Assembly: GCF_009914755.1 (NCBI RefSeq)
Contig: NC_060931.1
Length of the DNA stretch: 64,000 bases
Reading direction: 5' to 3' (one strand)
From: the human T2T-CHM13v2.0 reference genome, Homo sapiens
The notes under the pieces are model-generated. The model ran no database searches, had not been told where the DNA came from, and saw only the letters and a program-made list of their open reading frames with translations. This document shows, piece by piece, positions 19,172 to 34,978 of this stretch. The position numbers and the translations under genes were made by a program. Every line of letters begins with the position of its first letter. Position 1 is the stretch's first letter.

Positions 19172-19754
19172 GCAGATGACTTCAAATGTGCCTTCCAGCT
19201 TGATATTCTCAAATTCCCATGTGCTTTTCCTTATATTATCCTTCACTTATCATCAACCGTCAGAGAAATTTAAGCTCAGAGCAGTTAAGCGTCTTGGCCA
19301 AAATGACCAAAGAGCAGAACCTCGGTTCCCTCTGACAAGTAGGTGTTGCATGAGCCAATTCCTCTTGTAATAAGAAGCTTCAAATGTCAACCCACAAACA
19401 CACTACCACTCACCTGGACCCTAATCCTGTAATGCTTTTACATGTGGTTTCTTAGAAAAGTACCACTTTCTAAAAGCTGAATTATCACAGCATACCATCA
19501 AGTAGAATAGCACTCAATGGTATTCCCATCCATCATCCCTTTTCCTTTAAACTGGTGTGCATCGACTGCCCAGTCTAGAGAATTGTGACAATCAATAACT
19601 TTTTCTCAGAGAAATCATGTGTGAGACTAAAGAAATCAGCTTATTTTGTAGGGAAAAGAAACAAGATGTCATTCAAACCCCCTAGAATCTACCTCAAGTA
19701 AGTGCAGATGCCAATACTGGAACAATATAAGTCACAACTGCCAAAGTCACCCTA

Positions 19755-21020
<1,266 letters not shown>

Positions 21021-21929
21021 TTTGCATTCTCTTTTGGACATCCCTTTGCAGACTGGAATGGAGGGCAGGGTGTGCATGGATTACAAATGGAGAAGTAAGG
21101 AAAAGGGCTTTCACAAAGCATCAACTTCCACTGGATGCTTTTATTTCTCGCTATGTTCTGCATTCTTCCCAGTTGACTTGTCCATTCTTTCTCTTCAACC
21201 TCAGTACATTCTGCTATGTATGGTCTCCAGTCCCTCTGATATCCACCTGAGTGGGCTTTGGTGTCTTTCTATGGTTTTTTTCATCACAACCCCACCTCGC
21301 ACCTCACTAATCTTTTCTGTGTAGTATAAGCCCAGTCCCACTTCTTAGCTCCTGGTAGGATAGCTCTCTCCTTTAGTGAGCCACAGTTTTAGTAAAGCCT
21401 GACTCCAAAACATCTTCACAGGAGAAGTGAAGCAGATCCAGAATACAAAGGAAGATTATTAGAAAGTCTTTCTCAAGTTGTAAGAGTCAGCAGAAAGTTT
21501 ATTTTTGATGGATGTTCCTGGTTGGCCACTGGATTTCCTCCATGCAGTGATTTGGGGATCCAAGCTCCTTCTAACCTATGGCTCAGCCAATCCTGAGTTC
21601 TTGTCTTATCTGTATCCAGCTGGCAGAAAAGGAGAGAGTGCATTAGAGAAAGCTTATCTGCTTCTTAAATGATATTAATCACCTCTGCTTACATTCTACT
21701 TATAAGAACTCAGCACATGGCTGCATGCAGAACCCCAAGCTGGGACCCCCAGGCTATGGAAGAGGAAACATAAATGTTACTGAAAAAAAATCATTCATCT
21801 CTGCCACACACTCTGCCCTTCCTCTACTCGGCAAAACAATATTATAAACATTATATTCAAACAAAATCAAAACCCAAGGAACACTAACTTCAAGGCAACC
21901 TCAAATGTGGGGAAGAAGTCACAGAAATC

Positions 21930-22454
21930 CAGTCTATCATTGATGGACATTTGGGTTGGTTCCAAGTCTTTGCTATTGTGAATAGTGCTGCAATAAACAT
22001 ACGTGTGCATGTGTCTTTATAGCAGCATGATTTGTAATCCTTTGGGTATATATCCAGTAATGCCAGCACACCAACATGGCACATGTATACATATGTAACA
22101 AATCTGCACGTTGTGCACATGTACCCTGGAACCTTTTTTTTTTTTTTTTTTGAGACGGAGTCTCACTCTGTCGCCCAGGCTGGAGTGCAGTGCCGCGATC
22201 TCGGCTCACTGCAAGCTCCGCCTCCCAGGTTCGCACCATTCTCCTGCCTCAGCCTCTCTGAGTAGCTGGGACTACAGGCGCCCACCACCATATCTGGCTA
22301 ATTTTTTGTATTTTTAGTAGAGACGGGGTTTCACCATGGTCTCGATCTCCTGACCTTGTGATCCACCTGCCTCAGCCTCCCAAAGTGCTGGGATTACAAG
22401 CATGAGCCACCACGCCCAGCCTAGAACTTAAAGTATAATAAAAAAAAAAAAAAA
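21930..22454. mobile_element. 5'-inverted L1PA insertion (antisense 21930-22062, sense 22063-22454)
   Basis: Antisense ORF2 C-terminal peptide (KDTCTRMFIAALFTIAKTWNQPKCPS), sense 3'UTR end plus poly-A; TSD AAGTCACAGAAATC. Confidence 0.92.
22134..22421 (-). mobile_element. AluY with 12-bp left-arm deletion (Yd/Yc-type), inside the L1
   Basis: TTTCACCATGGTCTCGATC lacks the usual GTTAGCCAGGAT. Confidence 0.85.
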
Positions 22455-22996
22455 GTCACAGAAATCACATTATTGATGCAGGGTAGCTGAAGGCAGTTTG
22501 CAGGAATAGGAATTTATTAACCTTAATGTCCAGTTGTTTTTGTGTGATTGTTCCTCAAGTCTACTGTAGATAGAGTTGTGTTTCTCATCTGCTGCCTCCC
22601 TCATATACTCTTCAAATGCCAGCAGCAAAGATAGACCTACATTTTGAAGTTTGGGGAAAACTCTCCATTCACCTACCCACAAATGCTATTTTCCAGTCTA
22701 CTTTGCCCCTAGGAAGGCAGACTCACTCCTGATGAAGAACATCTGGGTTCTCGCTGAATACTTGGAGAGATAAGTTCTAGGAACCAGGATAGAATATCAT
22801 TAAGGGATTGAGCAGGGAGAACTTGCTTTAACATGGCAGAATCCTAACAGGCTTGACTAATGTCCCCCAGCACAGTCTCTTTGTAGGAAATGTAGCTTTC
22901 CTTTCCTTCTTCAATATGGCTCTTTGCAGATTGCAATATGACAATTCCAGGGTCATACAGGATCTTGGCAACCACCTATTCCAATGCCTTTATCTG

Positions 22997-23353
<357 letters not shown>

Positions 23354-23604
23354 TAGAGGAGTTCAGTGAATTCCTTGAGGTCATACAGCCATTGAATGGC
23401 ATAACCCAAGGATGAGCAAATAGTGGGTGTTACTGGCATGGGGTGTACACTCAAGTAAATATTAGTTTCTGTCTTTCCCAGGCCTATCCAACCTTCTCCC
23501 AGCCTTAGCTCATATTTCCAGCTTTGTAACCAAGTTGATAGCCTATGACCAACTCAGCCACACCAAACTGTCACAGAATCTGTGAACAGAAGTGTAAGGG
23601 TTCA

Positions 23605-23890
23605 GGCTGGGTGCGGTGGCTCATGCCTGTAATCCCAGCACTTTGGGAGGCCACGGTGGATGGATCACTTGAGGTCAGGAGTTGGAGACCAGTCTGGCCA
23701 ACATGATGAAACCCTGTCTCTACTAAAAATACAAAAATTACCTGGGTATGGTGGTGGGTGCCTGTAATCCCAGCTACTCGGGAGGCTGAGGCAAGAGGAA
23801 CTCTTGAACCTGGGAGGTGGAGATTGCAGTGAGCCGAGATCACACTTCAGCCTGGGCGACAGAGTGAGACTCTGTCTAAAAAGAAAAAAA
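23605..23890 (+). mobile_element. Alu (S-type)
   Basis: TSD AGAAGTGTAAGGGTTCA. Confidence 0.95.
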
Positions 23891-24940
23891 GAAGTGTAAG
23901 GGTTCAGCTCAACTCACACACAACCTTCCTGTTGATTTCCTGGCAAGGGGGCAAACAGTAGATCCGGACAGTGCCAACTCTGTCCCTTACTGGGGTCGTT
24001 TGGAAGGATTGAATTCAGACAAATTACCAGCCAGATTGAGCCTCATTTCATTAAAGCTCCGAATCATTTAGTCCATGCGCACCCAGTCTCTGTAAGCGTT
24101 CGATCTGGTGTGGGCGGACACGACCACGATGGTTGGTGCGCACAGGACATTCATATGCTCAGAGGACATTGGCACAGCTGCTGGCATTTACCTGACCATT
24201 TTTCAGATAAACCAAAAGTTGGAGAACCACGTATTGGGCCCCTGTTGAATTAACAAGTCATCCCAGAGGAACCTCCGCCACAGTTTCATTACGACCACAT
24301 TTGCAAAGCTTGGAGAGAGGCTGGTGGGGAAGAAAACCGGCAGCTGTTTTTCAAGAAATTAATTTCTATCCCCGCAGTGATCAGTCCTGGTTAAGTGAGA
24401 GAATCAAATTATCTAAGTTACTTCTGCTGGAAAGGTTGGCTGCTCTGAATCCTGATGAAAAATAACACAATGGTGCTACTTAATTTAAAACCTCCGTCTG
24501 CTTCACTTATAATTCATAATGATTATGCTTCGTGTTTATGTAACATCCAAGGATCTCAAAGAACTTTACAAGTATAAATGATTCATCCTTTGGACCCTAC
24601 AGAGAAGCAATACCGGCCCGTTTCTCCATAGAGACAGAAAAGGGGAGATTGAGCTCAATAACCTGGGTTCCCAAATGACTTTTCAACACAAATCCCCACT
24701 CCCTCTCCAGTTGCTCAAGACTTGGCAATGCTGGTCAGACTCATATATTACATGGGCGAACATCATGCTCTCAAGAGCAGAAAAGAGATAAGGAGTTATG
24801 GCCCGCAAATGTAAATCAATAAAGACCATGGGCTTTCAGCCATTTCTTCCTGAGAAAAATGCTTCTGTTGCTTCCGGCAACCTGACCGGCATAAGGTAGC
24901 CTTCTACAAGAAAGTCTTAAATGTTTAGCTAATAGGTTCA

Positions 24941-25288
<348 letters not shown>

Positions 25289-25635
25289 ACAATAAGCCCA
25301 TGCCCCACACTTGAAGTTTACAGCTTGCTTTTGCTTCTGTTACCTCATTTACATAAGCATCCCTTACATGACATTACGTGCTTTGCCCTCCTGGTTAGAG
25401 CCGAAGTTACTGTTCACATTCCTTTCTGGTAAAACGCATGCCTAGCCACCCTCACCATAATCAACTTGCATCCTGCAGCAGCCTGGACTCTGCAGAGAGG
25501 GTTGGCTTCGCCTGACTCAGTTACTAAGTCACCACGGGCCACACCACTAGCCCTTCAGTAAAAGATCAGATATTTCTCCTTCATCCCAAACCAAGAAAAG
25601 AATTAATAATAATATTCATGATTTTGAAGTGGCAC

Positions 25636-26260
25636 TGTTTTCTGGGGTAAATATTCGGGGCTCATCTTCTTGCACCAGGAAGATTAAGGACATGGACTCA
25701 TACAAGGAGTGAGTTTAGGAGCAGAGGTTTAACAGGCAAAAGAAAGAGAAGGGAGAACAGCTCTCTCTCTCTTGCCAGAGAGGGGGCACCTGAATGGGAA
25801 TTCCAGCCCAAGCCTGAGTGCACCCGATTTTATAGGCAGGCTTGAGGAGGCAGTGTCTGATTTACATAGGGCCCACAGATTGGTTGGGCCAGGTGTGACA
25901 TTTACCTAATTTGTGGGGAAGGCTGGCCACCCCACTCCAATGTTATTATGTAAATGGGCTTTCACTTGGCCGGCAGCCATGTTTTCTGCTCCTTACTGTG
26001 CACATGGCTGGCAAAGAGAAGGGAAGATGGAGCCGCCATTTTGAACATGCCTAGTCCCAGGTAGCCTTTTCCTATTGGCACAGCTGCCCCCGTGCAAGCT
26101 TCCAGCTTGCTTATCTATTCTGCAGCTCGATTTTGTAGGCTGCTCTTTGTTAGAAAAGAAAAATGATTTGGGGGTTGCTTTTTATTAAAAGGAGGACCTT
26201 ACCGAGGACTTCCTTACCCTCACTATCTGCTTAAATAATTTCTCTTTAAGTCCTATATCA
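25636..26260 (-). mobile_element. ERV1 solo LTR (MER50-like)
   Basis: Reverse begins TGATATAGGA..AAATTATTTAAGCAGATAGTGAGGG; homologous to 45051-45732. Confidence 0.8.
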
Positions 26261-26606
26261 CTTTGGTCCAACCTACTACATAGAAAGCAAATTGTCAGGG
26301 CTTCATACACATTAGCCATAATCTTTACCCCAGATGGGCCAAATGTAACACAAAAGAAACAGCTGAGGCTTAACCTTGCCTGGTTCAGAATTGAATAAAG
26401 AGGGGGAGTCATTCAGATCTTTCCCAATCTATAACCCACGTAATTCCCCTGGGGAAAATGAGGCCATCAAGAGCTATATATTTGAGGGAAATGTAGCTAG
26501 CAGATACAGACAGATATCCCTCAGCCAGCCATACTCCTGGGTAAGTGCTCCTGGACCCATGTTCCTCCTTTCTAGTGGTGGTGCCTTTGTTGAAGCCCTA
26601 GCCTCT

Positions 26607-27249
26607 TGTTACAAGAAAGGGGTCCCAATCCAGACTCCAAGAGAGGGTTCTTGGATCTTGTGCAAGAATGAATTCAGGGCTTAGTCCATAGAGTAAAGTG
26701 AAAGCAAGTTTATTGGAGAAGTAAAGAAATGAAAGAATGGCTACTCCATAGGCAGCCCCTCGGGGTTGCTGGTTGGCTATTTTTATGGTTATTTCTTGAT
26801 TATTTGCTAAACCAAGCGTAGGTTCTTCATAAGTTTTCCAAGAAAGGGGCAGGGATTTCCCCAGAACTGAGGGTTCCTCCCCCTTTTAGACCATACAGGG
26901 TAACTACCAAGCATTGTCATGGCATTTGTAAACTCTCATAGTGCTGGTGGGAGTGTCTCTTAGCATGCTAATGTATTATAATTAGTGTATAATGAACAGT
27001 GAGGATGACCAGAGGTCACTTTTGTCACCATCTTGGTTTTGGTGGGATTTGGCTGGCTTCTTCACCGCATCCTGTTTTATCAGCGGGGTCTTTGTGACCT
27101 GTATCTTGTGATATCATTCCTGCCAATCTCTTGTCTCATCCCGTGACTAAGAATGCCTAAGCCCCGGGAATGCAGCCCAGTAGGTCTCAGCCTCATTTTG
27201 CCCAGCCCCTGTTCAACATGGAGTCACTCTGGTTCGAACGCCTCTGACA
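26607..27249 (-). mobile_element. ERV1 solo LTR (MER41, B-like)
   Basis: Reverse begins TGTCAGAGGCGTTCGAACCAGAGTGACTCCATG; near-TSD CTCT/CTGT. Confidence 0.88.
26836..26866. promoter_or_regulatory. Tandem STAT motifs in MER41
   Basis: TTCCAAGAA (N3) at 26836-26844 and TTCCCCAGAA (N4) at 26857-26866; motif only, no activity data. Confidence 0.45.
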
Positions 27250-27373
27250 CTGTTAGTGATAGAATTTTCAACTGACGATATGGTTGCATTCATAGGAGCA
27301 AGATATCCAGAATAAGGGAGAAGCTGGTTACTCTGTAAGTCCCGCTCTTCTGAACATACTTAAAATATCACAT

Positions 27374-28485
<1,112 letters not shown>

Positions 28486-28504
28486 ATACCTGACTAAGAG
28501 CAGG

Positions 28505-29027
<523 letters not shown>

Positions 29028-29530
29028 CTACTTGATGGGATGCCTTAGGGAGAGAATAAAGCAGCCTCATTCTATAAGTGCCAAAGAATAGAGCTAAGTT
29101 GGAAATTACAGGCAAGCTGGTTCAAATCCCTGCAAGCAATGTAACCTCTTGGACCAGCTGCTATTAATGGGATAATATTAGCCTGTACTTCCTAGCATGG
29201 CTGTGAAGACTGAATGAGATAAAGTATGTAAATGCGAAGCCCAGCGTCTGAAACACTGTAAACATTTGGTATTGTTACAAGGCAGGATTCTCTGTCTTCA
29301 AGTGGGAGAAAGGGGCAATGGTGGAAAATGGGATTTCTTCTCAGGGCTAATTTCAGGCCAGGTGTTTTGAAAAACAGAAACAAAAGCAGGCAGCTGAGCT
29401 GTGAGCTCGATGCATTTGATTCCTTTTCTGCCTGCTCTGCCAATGGATTGGGGAACTAGCCCCCCCATGTTTCCAACATGAGTAAGGAATATGTCCGTCT
29501 TCTTTATTCTGGTTTCCTACCACAGGCTTA

Positions 29531-30292
29531 TGAGGACTAAGCTCTAATTATTTTATCTTGCCCAAATTCCTGTCTAAGGGATCTGGGGAGTCATGCCCTA
29601 CAAACCATAAATTCTCATCAGATGGGTTTTATTTAACACTATATATCGTGACTTACTTTCCAATCTGACTCTGGCATAACATTATGAGACAAAGAAGAAA
29701 GTCAAAATATTTTACCCCAAAACATGTTTCTTTGCCATATCTTGAAATGGCCCTGCAAAGCTGTCCTTTGTGGGGGAAAATTTGCATCTGTAAAGAATCT
29801 CTGACATAGCTAGGTCTTTTTCTTCCAGGCCCTCCCAATGCTAAAGCGATTAATTAAGAGTCTAGCACCTTTTAATGATCTGAATAGGAAACATTTGTCA
29901 TCTGTTGTCTCTAAGGGCAGCCACTGTGAGACTTCAGAAGAAACTTGGTCTCCCTAATCTTTTATCTTAACCTGAACATTTCCTTTCTATTGATCCCAGA
30001 TCTTTACACAAACTCAACCGATTGTCAACCTGAAAACGTTTAAATTTACCTATAGCTTGGAAGCCTACCTCCCCACCCTCCACTTTGAGTTGTCCCACCT
30101 TTCTGGACCAAACCAATGTATTTCTTAAATGTATTTGATTGATGTCTCATGCCTCCCTAAAATGTATAAAACCAAGCTGCACTCCGACTACCTCAGGACA
30201 TCCTGAGGGCTGTGTCACCAGCCATGGTCATTCATATTTGGCTCAGAATAAATCTCCTCAAATATTTTACAGAGTTTGACTCTTCATTGACA
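29531..30292 (+). mobile_element. ERV1 solo LTR (MER4D-like)
   Basis: TGAGGACTAAGCTCT...TTGACA; perfect TSD CTTA; AATAAA at ~30247. Confidence 0.88.
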
Positions 30293-30321
30293 CTTACATG
30301 ACTAAAGAAATTATGTGCCTC

Positions 30322-30619
30322 AGCCGGGCACAGTGGCTCATGCCTATAATCCCAGCACTTTGGGGGACCAAGGGGGACGGATCACCTGTGGTCGGGAGTT
30401 CAAGACCAGCCTGACCAACATGGAGAAACCCTGTCTCTACTAAAAATACAAAAGTATCTGGGTGTGGTAGCACAGGCCTATAATCCCAGCTACTCAGGAG
30501 GCTGAGGCAGGAGAATCACTTGACCCAGGAGGCGGAGGTTGCGGTGAGCTGAGATCGCACCATTTTGCACTCCAGCCTGGGCAACAAGAGAAAAACTGTC
30601 TCAAAAAAGGAAAAAAAAA
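30322..30619 (+). mobile_element. Alu (Sp-like)
   Basis: TSD AAGAAATT(A/T)TGTGCCTC. Confidence 0.95.
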
Positions 30620-30635
30620 GAAATTTTGTGCCTCT

Positions 30636-31894
30636 TGTAATTGCCTGATGGGTTCTTCCTGCCTACTGCACAGGCAAAAAACCAATTCACTGAGACCACC
30701 GCATTGCAATAAAGACAGACTTAATTGACATGAGGCCAGTCACGCCACGTGGGAGACGGAGTTGTTACGCAAACTAATCTCACTGAAAATTCAGAGGTTA
30801 GGATTTTTCAAGGGTAGTTTGTTGGGCCAGGGAGTCTACTTCTGGGTGGGTCCAGGTGGAGACATTGGTTGTCAGAAATGCAAAACTCTGAGAAGATACC
30901 TCAAAAAGTTGGTCTTAGGTTCTACAATGGTGATGTTACCTGCAGGAATCATTGGGAGAGTTGCAAATCTTGTTACCTCTGGAATAATGGCTAGTAATCA
31001 TTTATGTCTACATCTTAGCAAAATTCAGGCTTCTCTCATTGTCCTAATCTGGTGGTCTTTCTTTCTTTTTTTTTTTTTTAACTTTTATTTTAGGTTCAGG
31101 GATATATGTGCAGGTTTGTTATATAGGCAAACTCCTGTAATGGGGAGTTGTTGTCCAGATCATTTCATCACCCAACTACTAAGCCTAGTACCCAATAGTT
31201 ATTTTTTCTGCTTCTCTCCCTGCTCCCACCCTCCACCTTCAAGTAGGCTCCAGTGTCTGTTGTTCCCTTCTTTTTGTTCATGAATTCACATCATGTAGCC
31301 TCCACTTATAAGTGAGAACACGGAGTTTTGGTTCTGTGTTCTTGCATTCGTTTGCTAAGGATAATGACCTCTAGCTCCATCCATTTTCCCACAAAAGACA
31401 TGGTCTCATTCTTTTTTATGGCTGCATAGTATTCCATGGTGTATATGTACCACATTTTCTTTATCCAATCTGTCGTTGATGGGTATTTAGGTGGATTCCA
31501 TGTTTTGCTACTGTGAATAATGCTGCAATGAACATTCACATGCCTGTGTCTTTATCACTGAATGATTTATATCCCTCTGGGTATATAACCAGTAATGGGA
31601 TTGCTGGGTTGAATGGTAGTTCTGTTTTTAGCTCTTTGAGAAATTGCTACCCTGCTTTCCACAATGGTTGAACTAATTTACACTCCCGTTAGCTTTATAA
31701 AGGCAATTGAGTTTTGGGGAAGGGCTATTATTATTTAAACTGTAAACTAAATGTCTCCCAAAGTTAGCTTGGTGCAAGCTCAGGAATGATTCAGGGCAGT
31801 TTGGAGGTTAAAGGCAAAGTAGGGGTTGGTTACATCAGATCTCTTTCACTGTCATCATTTTCTCACTGTTACAATTTTTGCAAAGGCTGTTTCA
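30636..31894 (-). mobile_element. ERV1 solo LTR (LTR8 family) interrupted by L1
   Basis: Reverse begins TGAAACAGCCTTTGCAAAAAT; other end TGTAATTGCCTGATGGGTTCTTCCTGCC. Confidence 0.85.
31061..31687 (-). mobile_element. L1PA/PB 3' fragment
   Basis: Poly-T, 3'UTR and ORF2 C-terminal peptide DWIKKMWYIYTMEYYAAIKKNE. Confidence 0.92.
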
Positions 31895-32834
31895 CTTTCA
31901 CCCTTTAAGTAATTGCACATTCCCCAGAACACAGAATCATTTGTCCGAAAATCACTTTGTCTTGTAGCCAAAAGCTCTCTGCCTAACATGGGCCAATTAA
32001 GATGGGAGCAGCCTATTTGGTGAGAGACTCTGGCAACTGCAAGAACCCAATGGCCAGATCAGACCTCAGAGGTGCACTGACCAGAATCCCTACTTAGTGT
32101 CTCCCACGTGTGGGGAAGGCATGGGCAGCCTCTAGAATTACAGCCTCAACAGGGGACTGTGTCCCTGGCCAGACAGAGTCTCCAGCACAGCGCTGCCAGA
32201 CGCTGTTGGCTTCCACCCCATGACAGGGCAGCACGGATGGACGCCAGGACAAACTAGGGCATGGACTGATGGAGGGATGCTGGCTGACGGTCAGCCTGAG
32301 AAAAAGGCATCTGTGCCCACACCTCCCACCCTCCAGCCACAACAAACCTTCCACTTGTTCCCCAAACTCATTGGCCTTTTGATTGCCTCTGTATGGATCA
32401 CCTTGTTCCTTTCCCAGCCTGACCACCCAGAAAGCTGCTGCTCTTCCTGTTAAGTCAAGCACATAGCTCTTCTCCTTTGTAAGAATTTCTCCCATCCTCA
32501 AGCAGAAATAATTCATTTCATCATCTGCAATTCCACGACATTTTGTCCATACTTTATCTGATGGCACTAAAAATATTGTCTTAGAAATAATTATCTACGT
32601 GTCTGTCTCTTCCATCAGACCTAGATCTCCTGGAGTTTACAGACACTGCTTAGTTGTCTCTGCATCTTCAATTTTAAGTATTAATATTGTGTGGTAATCT
32701 GATTACTTTTATTTTTCCTTTGTCTTCACCGCCAGGAGACTGTAAACTGTATGAAGGCAGGAGCTGTGTCTGGTTCTCTGCTTGTTCTCCAAGATCCAGA
32801 GTAGTATATGAAATTTACTTTTTTTAAGTGACTG

Positions 32835-33425
32835 TATGAATGAATCGAAGGATGAGTAGATGGGTAGGTAAATGCTTGGGTGACTGGAAGAGGATTGTAG
32901 GAAAGAAGAGGGAGAAGGAGGGAAGGATAAATGGATGGATGGTGGGTAGATGGATAAATGGATGGGTGGTTGAAAGGAAAGGAAGAGGTGGGTAAGGGGT
33001 AAGGAGGGATGGATGAATGGATAGATGGTGGGTAGATGAATGGGTGGGTGGGTGGATGGATGGGTGGGTGGTGGGAAGGGGGAAGAAGTGGAGAGAGGGG
33101 AGGGTGGGATAAATGGATAGATGGTAGGTAGACGGATGAGTGAGTAGATAGATGGGTAGAGGGATGGTTAAAAGGGAAGAAGTTGAGATGGAGGAGGGAT
33201 GGATGGATAGATGGATGATGGATGGATGAATGGATGGATGATGAATGGATGAATGGATGGACAAATGGATAGATAATTGGTGGATGGATGGATGGAAAGA
33301 TGGATGGATGATGGATGACTGGATGGATGGATGGATGATGGATGGATGAATAGATGAATGGATGGATGATGGATGGATAGATGGATCAATGGATGATGGA
33401 TGGATAGATGGATTGATAAAAGGAT
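32835..33425. repeat. Complex (TGGA)n / purine-rich simple repeat
   Basis: GGAT/GGGT/GAAT arrays following an L2-like 3' end. Confidence 0.95.
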
Positions 33426-33878
33426 GCATTATAACAATGGGACCAACAAAAGTGAAAGAAAGAAAACCCACCACTGATACACAGGATGATGTGTAGGATG
33501 TCCAGAAAGTGTCATGGAGGAAGTGCTGCCTGAGTTGAGCCTTTAAGGAAAGGTGAAACCTCAGCAGGTAGAAAAGGAGCAGAAACAGGAGACGTGGATG
33601 AGGAAAGATGCAATGAGAGGAATGCAGAGCAGCTAGGAGTCCTCAGCAGCCAGAGAATATCACACAGGAGAGATCACAGAGGGGATTAGTCGGGAAATGT
33701 AGGTGCCAGGAACTTATCACACTGGGGCCTGAATGCCCTGTTAAGGAAGTTGGAATTTATCACACACAAACCAATAGGAGACACCTAAGGAAAAACCTTG
33801 CTTCTTCGCATAGATACATGTACAAAGCATTGTGTTTTCAGGGTTAAGACGTTAAGTCTTCTCTTAAAACGCATGTGT

Positions 33879-34190
33879 GGCCAGGCACAGTGGCTCATGC
33901 CTGTAATCCTGGCAACTTGGGAGGCTGAGGCAAGAAGATCATTTGAGCCCAGGAGTTTGAGATCAGCCTGGGCAACATAGCAAGATCCCATCTCTACAAA
34001 GGAATATAAAAATAAAAGAATTAGCCAGGTATGGTGGTATGTGTTTGTAGTCGCAGCCACTTGGAAGGCTGAGGCGGGAGAATCACCTGAATCCAGCAGT
34101 CTGAGGCTGCTGTGAGCTATGATCATGCTGCTGCACTCCAGCCTGGATGACACTGCAAGACCCTGTCTCTAAAAAACAGAAATAAAAAAT
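33879..34190 (+). mobile_element. AluJ
   Basis: TTGAGCCCAGGAGTTTGAG dimer. Confidence 0.92.
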
Positions 34191-34757
34191 GAATAAATAC
34201 AAAAATGAATAGCACACATATTAGAAGCACCACAGCTATGGCTAGTCCATTATCAGCTCCGGCACCAGCAATTTACCAAACCTGCTGTGCCACCAGGGAG
34301 AAGATGAAAGCAAAGCTTATAAGCTCCCAAGGTAGAGATGAGAAAGTGAAGCCTGAATCATGGAGGGCTGCTTGCTGGCTGTGAGTAATGTGGGGGGGAT
34401 ATAAGGACGGGAAAAGGCCACTCAGGGCTCGAGGGGCAGCATGAGGGCCTTGGACGGTGGGTGGAGTCCAGCTTCGTAATCATTTGGGAGGCTGGTGTTT
34501 AAAGGAGGTTGCATAAAGAGGATGGAAGACAGGGTAGCCCAGGTGAGCCTCACAAGAGCTTCACTGGGGTGGCAGCTTGTCAAGCTCTGACCTAAAGGCT
34601 TTTCCAAACCATAGCCCAAGCATATGACCCTGGAAAAGTCAGGTGCAGAATGCAAGGTAAGTCGTGCCATTTGGATCACAAAGTATCAACCCAGCCTGGC
34701 CAATGGGAACCATCTCAGGCAATCTCGGCCATGTTCTCCGTACCTATGAATGCTACA

Positions 34758-34978
34758 GCCATCATCCATCATCCGTCTATCTATCCATCCATCCCTCATC
34801 CATCCCAACTTCTTCCCTCCCTTCCAACCATCCCTCCATCCATCTATCTACTCACTCATCGATCAACCTACCATCTATCCATTTATCCCTCCCTCCCCTC
34901 TCCTCCACTTCTTCCCCCTTCCACTCATCCATCCATCTACCCACCCACCCATTCATCAACACACCATCTATCCACTCA
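34758..34978 (-). repeat. (TCCA)n-type repeat; inverted copy of ~33013-33230
   Basis: Non-repetitive interruptions are collinear in reverse complement. Confidence 0.88.

Noticed and set aside
31306-31539. ORF resembling L1 ORF2
   Set aside because: Only the C-terminal remnant of a truncated, inactive L1
32094-32567. 157-aa non-Alu ORF
   Set aside because: No recognisable domain or exon structure; partly L2-like sequence
32824-33474. 216-aa His/Pro/Ser/Ile-rich ORF (and similar ORFs at 34650-35085)
   Set aside because: Translation of a (TCCA)n simple repeat
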